Origin: an uncultured virus (IMG/VR IMGVR_UViG_3300034019_001883)
Taxonomy: Duplodnaviria; Heunggongvirae; Uroviricota; Caudoviricetes
IMG/VR virus record: IMGVR_UViG_3300034019_001883
Span: 56,050-76,049 of that record
DNA length: 20,000 nucleotides
Reading direction: 5' to 3' (one strand)
Below the pieces are notes generated by a model that saw only the letters and a list, made by a program, of their open reading frames with translations, did not search any database and was not told the DNA's origin. Below, in pieces: positions 16,822 through 20,000 of the stretch (its first letter is position 1; every line of letters begins with the position of its first letter). Both the position numbers and the translations under genes were made by a program.

Positions 16822-16870
16822 GGTCAATCCCCTCTCCAATTTCAGCGTACTACGCCGCATCTAAAAGGAG

Positions 16871-16910
16871 GTGCCATGGTGAGAATTGCTCAGAGTTCTA
16901 GCTATGGCAC
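16871..16910. other. Candidate attP site
   Basis: Imperfect inverted repeat GTGCCATGGTGAGAATT-gctcag-AGTTCTAGCTATGGCAC (13/17 arm matches), 50 bp upstream of the integrase start. Central dinucleotide TC at 16890-16891. Confidence 0.65.
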
Positions 16911-16967
16911 GACTAGCCTAAATTGGGCTGGTATCGTAAGATATACACAAATAGAACCGGAGGCATT

Positions 16968-17192
16968 ATGGCTTGGCGTCCCCAGGCTTGCTTAGATAAC
17001 TTAAAACCCAAGGCGCCACGCTATGACGAGCATAAAAAGCGCGGGCAACTTATCTTAACCCCCACCGCATGGGATATTCTCAACACCCTAGCGAAAGAGG
17101 CAGGCTTATCCCGCTCTGAATTTGTGGAGCAACTGGCCAGGGGTGAATTGAACCTCAGTGGCGGTATCGTTACTCGAAAAACTCCCGCATAA
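16968..17192 (+). CDS. CopG/ribbon-helix-helix DNA-binding protein
   Basis: GGAGG RBS before ATG 16968. 'KKRGQLILTPTAWDILNTLAKEAGLSRSEFVEQLARG' is a typical cyanobacterial RHH. Confidence 0.8.
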   Translation: MAWRPQACLDNLKPKAPRYDEHKKRGQLILTPTAWDILNTLAKEAGLSRSEFVEQLARGELNLSGGIVTRKTPA

Positions 17193-19041
17193 TTTCGCTC
17201 TGGGTCTTGCTGTAGTCAGACTTAAGCTCTATCGGCCCTGTGGGCTCTTCTGTGCCCTCTTCTACCACCTCTGGCTCTGGCAGGCTATAGAATTCACCAG
17301 AGGCGGCTGATAGCTTACACAGTGCCCCCACAACCGACGCTACTGCATCGGCAATATCTTTATGGCTATCCACGTCACTACCTAAGGCGGTACGCGGGGC
17401 ATCAATCCGTCCGGTCGATAGCCTCACCAATTTCCGCAATTCCCCGAACAGGATCGGGTCGATGCGGTACACCAACTGTCTGGCATAAATAAGCGCCTTT
17501 AGTTCATCGTAATAACCTGGGTTACGGTCCACCGAAAAATTCTGGCTGCTAACGCCATAGTGGTATAGCAGCTGTCGAGCCGTAGCGCTATTGAATTGGT
17601 CGAACGTCACCCGCGCGATCGCAAACCCTAGCCGCTTGCTCAGCAGCAATACAAATTCCACCGGTGTCTGCAAGTCTATCTCCGCCTGGCGGATGTCCAC
17701 AGTTGTGGAATCGCCGCCCTCCCAGTTAATGCGCTGCAACTGGCCGCGTCCAGTAAAGTGGGCCGCCTTCCAGCGAAAGGATAGGTCCAGTACCGGTATC
17801 AGTCGGTCCGCGCGATCGCCCACCGGCTCCAGGTGGGCCATGGCAAACCCGGCACTATCACCCGATAGCCCCAGGTCGATATGAATGTAATACTCGCGTT
17901 CGGGCTTGCCCTTGAACCAGTTGGCTAACATCGGAAAGCCATAGCTATCCAGTACCACGTCACCAAATAGGTCGCGCTCTAGGATGGGGTCAGGGCTGCG
18001 ATCGCTACCCGTCACGCCATAGCGCTTCAGTAGGTCGGATGTCCCCCCACTGGCATGACGCACAATGAGTTCAGGCGATCTAAAGTAGGCTTCAGTCGCC
18101 GCTCTGGGTTGGGCTGCTAACTTAGCCGCTGATCCCTCTGGGTCCCTAATAAATTCAGTTTCAAAGTCTTTGTATTCCAGGTGGGGCACGACTTCCCAGG
18201 TGGGGCGACGCACCACAAATAATTCAGGGAATCGTCCCTCCTGGTGGGCTTCAATCAACTGCTCCTGCGGGTCCGATACGCTACGCGGAAAGCTGGTCAG
18301 AAAACCTTTCCATGCCTTTCTGAAGCGGGTGCGGCAGGAGGTGACAAAAGTATTGAACAATGCCTCCGCCGTGGCCCCCTGCGCCTCAGACTCTAGCCCT
18401 GCAAACTCGCTAATTACAAAGGCCAGTAGGTTGAACCCCTCCGCGCTACTGCTAATCAGCGGTAGGTTGTGGATTCGGATATTGTGGGGTAGCTCAATAT
18501 AGTCCGCCGCGTCGGTCGCTTTCTTGATATAGCGGTCAACGTCTGCGATCGCAAACTCCGAACGCGCCAGGTGACTTTTTAGCCAGGTGCAGGTCCGCAA
18601 TCGGTTCTTTAGCTTGGTGAAGGTTACCCGCCGCGTCTGGCGCAACGTAGGTGAGGCTAAGGCAATATCAATGGGTTCCTGGGGGGCAAGCCCTAGAAAA
18701 TCCTGGGGGTCTCTCAGGCACAACAGCACATGGGCGAACCATACAAGGCAGACGGAGGCTAAGGTATCCTTGCCCGCACCCTTGCCGTAGCACAAAATGC
18801 CACAATTGTAAAGGGTTGGCGGATTTTGAGTAAACAATGCCTTAGCATCCGCCGCTGTGGTGCCTAGGAACTGGCTTAGGTCCTGTTGCTGCACATCCCA
18901 GGGGGTAACGTCCAGGTAGGCGCGGCAGAACTCACCCAAGGGTAAGGGGTCCTCTAGCCAGGGGGAGTCACCCGCCGTTGGTTCCTGGCCCTGGCTCATT
19001 AGCTCCAATAGCGCGATCGCGTTACCCTGCTTTCTCTGCAT
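17170..19041 (-). CDS. terL: Terminase large subunit
   Basis: Walker A GKGAGKD, Walker B region 'GFNLLAFVISE', coupling motif TSFP, and RNase H-fold nuclease motifs IHIDLG, FDQFNS and HKDIADA. Confidence 0.9.
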   Translation of the reverse strand: MQRKQGNAIALLELMSQGQEPTAGDSPWLEDPLPLGEFCRAYLDVTPWDVQQQDLSQFLGTTAADAKALFTQNPPTLYNCGILCYGKGAGKDTLASVCLVWFAHVLLCLRDPQDFLGLAPQEPIDIALASPTLRQTRRVTFTKLKNRLRTCTWLKSHLARSEFAIADVDRYIKKATDAADYIELPHNIRIHNLPLISSSAEGFNLLAFVISEFAGLESEAQGATAEALFNTFVTSCRTRFRKAWKGFLTSFPRSVSDPQEQLIEAHQEGRFPELFVVRRPTWEVVPHLEYKDFETEFIRDPEGSAAKLAAQPRAATEAYFRSPELIVRHASGGTSDLLKRYGVTGSDRSPDPILERDLFGDVVLDSYGFPMLANWFKGKPEREYYIHIDLGLSGDSAGFAMAHLEPVGDRADRLIPVLDLSFRWKAAHFTGRGQLQRINWEGGDSTTVDIRQAEIDLQTPVEFVLLLSKRLGFAIARVTFDQFNSATARQLLYHYGVSSQNFSVDRNPGYYDELKALIYARQLVYRIDPILFGELRKLVRLSTGRIDAPRTALGSDVDSHKDIADAVASVVGALCKLSAASGEFYSLPEPEVVEEGTEEPTGPIELKSDYSKTQSEIMREFFE

Positions 19042-19477
19042 GGCGTTGTAGGATGCGGTGGAAGGTTTGCGCGTCGAAGTCTGGCCGGTTCAATAGCGCG
19101 ATCGTCGCCTCTTCCAGCGTGGTCGGGTTCATCTCCCGGTATAGCTGCAGGTACTTAGCCAGCGCTGTGGCGACGCCCTCCAGCGACTTCGCTTCTGTCT
19201 CATTGACAGCACCCGCCAAAGTCTTGATGGTGCGGGTCATATAGTCGTTAACGTCGAGCCCGTCGATGGTAACCTTGGCCCCCGCCGCGATCGCTGTTGT
19301 AACCACTTGGTTAACGCTACGGGTAGGCGTTCGGCTCAAATTATTCTCTTTGACTACCCGCTTAACGGTGCCAGTGGAGACGCCACAAATCTGGGCGATG
19401 TCCTCAATGGTATTGCTGGACTCGGCATAAAGCTTTTTGATGCGGGCTTGGATCAACTCTGGAGTCTTGGCAGGCAT
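19022..19477 (-). CDS. terS: Terminase small subunit (N-terminal HTH)
   Basis: HTH 'TIEDIAQICGVSTGTVKRVVK' plus helical C-terminus. Immediately upstream of and overlapping terL. Confidence 0.75.
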   Translation of the reverse strand: MPAKTPELIQARIKKLYAESSNTIEDIAQICGVSTGTVKRVVKENNLSRTPTRSVNQVVTTAIAAGAKVTIDGLDVNDYMTRTIKTLAGAVNETEAKSLEGVATALAKYLQLYREMNPTTLEEATIALLNRPDFDAQTFHRILQRHAEKAG

Positions 19478-19494
19478 AGGTTTGTAGCGTTAAT

Positions 19495-19532
19495 GGATCT
19501 ACCGTAGATCCTTAGATCAACTATAGTTGATC
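19495..19532. repeat. Two adjacent palindromes upstream of terS
   Basis: GGATCTAC-C-GTAGATCC (19495-19511) and GATCAACTATAGTTGATC (19515-19532). Confidence 0.85.
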
Positions 19533-19587
19533 CTCCCCGCGATCGCGCCAATACCCAACCCCATTGTAAAATTGCTATCGAAAAGTG

Positions 19588-19616
19588 TTGACACTACGAT
19601 AGGGGGTTGATAGAGT
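19588..19616 (+). promoter_or_regulatory. Near-consensus sigma70 promoter
   Basis: TTGACA (19588), 17 nt, TAGAGT (19611). Confidence 0.7.
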
Positions 19617-19646
19617 GTAAATGTACACGACAAAGAGGACAGACTC

Positions 19647-19823
19647 ATGCCCAAGTTCATCAGCATTCAAGACGGCGCTTACCTGCTCAACCTGGCCCAC
19701 ATCGTTAGCATCGAGGTAAATAAAGGTTCCTTTGAGGTCACTTGCAACGATGGCCAAGGGGCCTACACCGTAGACAGCCCCGACGAAATGGGTACACTGA
19801 TGGACTTGATCGAGATAGCCTGA
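19647..19823 (+). CDS. 58-aa acidic small protein (not in ORF track)
   Basis: AGAGGA RBS. Translates as MPKFISIQDGAYLLNLAHIVSIEVNKGSFEVTCNDGQGAYTVDSPDEMGTLMDLIEIA. Bracketed by a promoter and a terminator. Confidence 0.75.
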   Translation: MPKFISIQDGAYLLNLAHIVSIEVNKGSFEVTCNDGQGAYTVDSPDEMGTLMDLIEIA

Positions 19824-19842
19824 CCCCACTCCACTCACCACC

Positions 19843-19869
19843 ACCCCGGTCCCATGGCTGGGGTTTTTT
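19843..19869 (+). terminator. Intrinsic terminator
   Basis: ACCCCGGTC-ccat-GGCTGGGGT followed by TTTTT, 20 nt after the small ORF. Confidence 0.7.
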
Positions 19870-20000
19870 ATTGCCCTGCCCCCAGCTTTGTCCGCCTCAC
19901 CCGATCGCGCAATGCCCAGGCGACGCTATCAACGCTATGGCGGTTGGGGGAGAGCGTTGGGGTGTAGTGTTCCCCCATCCATAGCCGCTTGGCAGTATCT

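Larger units (their letters stand above)
1..20000. mobile_element. Segment of a temperate cyanophage/prophage (tail, immunity, replication, integrase and terminase modules)
   Basis: Terminase large and small subunits, large serine recombinase, replisome-organiser-type gene and baseplate/tail-fibre-like ORFs are all present, and no host housekeeping gene is recognisable. About 50 HIP1 octamers and a DUF2811 gene point to a cyanobacterial host. Confidence 0.92.

Noticed and set aside
15481..16860. Integrase as a heterocyst-type excision element interrupting a nif/fdxN gene
   Set aside because: No split host gene is visible, and both flanks are phage genes.
19575..19984. ORF-track calls 19575..19844 (-) and 19742..19984 (+)
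   Set aside because: Both overlap the better-supported 58-aa gene, which has a promoter, RBS and terminator.
1..20000. tRNA, rRNA, IS elements or introns
   Set aside because: No cloverleaf, rRNA-like tract, transposase or interrupted gene was recognised by eye. A covariance-model search would be needed to exclude small ncRNAs.

Overview
The whole window looks like part of a temperate phage of a cyanobacterium. About 50 perfect HIP1 (GCGATCGC) sites were counted by eye, and a DUF2811 gene is present. Left to right it contains: baseplate, tail and tail-fibre genes on + (to 6350); a tightly coupled minus-strand operon of an HTH protein plus five predicted membrane proteins, containing three short DNA repeat arrays (6340-9408); a regulatory/immunity region (9409-10980); a replication region on + (initiator-N-terminal/HNH fusion, replisome organiser, putative helicase loader, small ORFs, DUF2811); a metallophosphoesterase; a large serine integrase on - with a candidate 40-bp attP just upstream; an RHH gene; terminase large and small subunits on -; and a self-contained 58-aa gene missed by the ORF track. 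Phage genes flank the integrase/attP on both sides, which suggests the excised or circular form. The strongest leads are the attP that appears to carry a replacement RBS and N-terminus (MVRIAQ) for its target gene, the unexplained membrane operon with internal repeat arrays, twin HIP1-built hairpins in the two early arms, and tandem GATC palindromes upstream of terS. All family calls come from motif recognition, not database searches.
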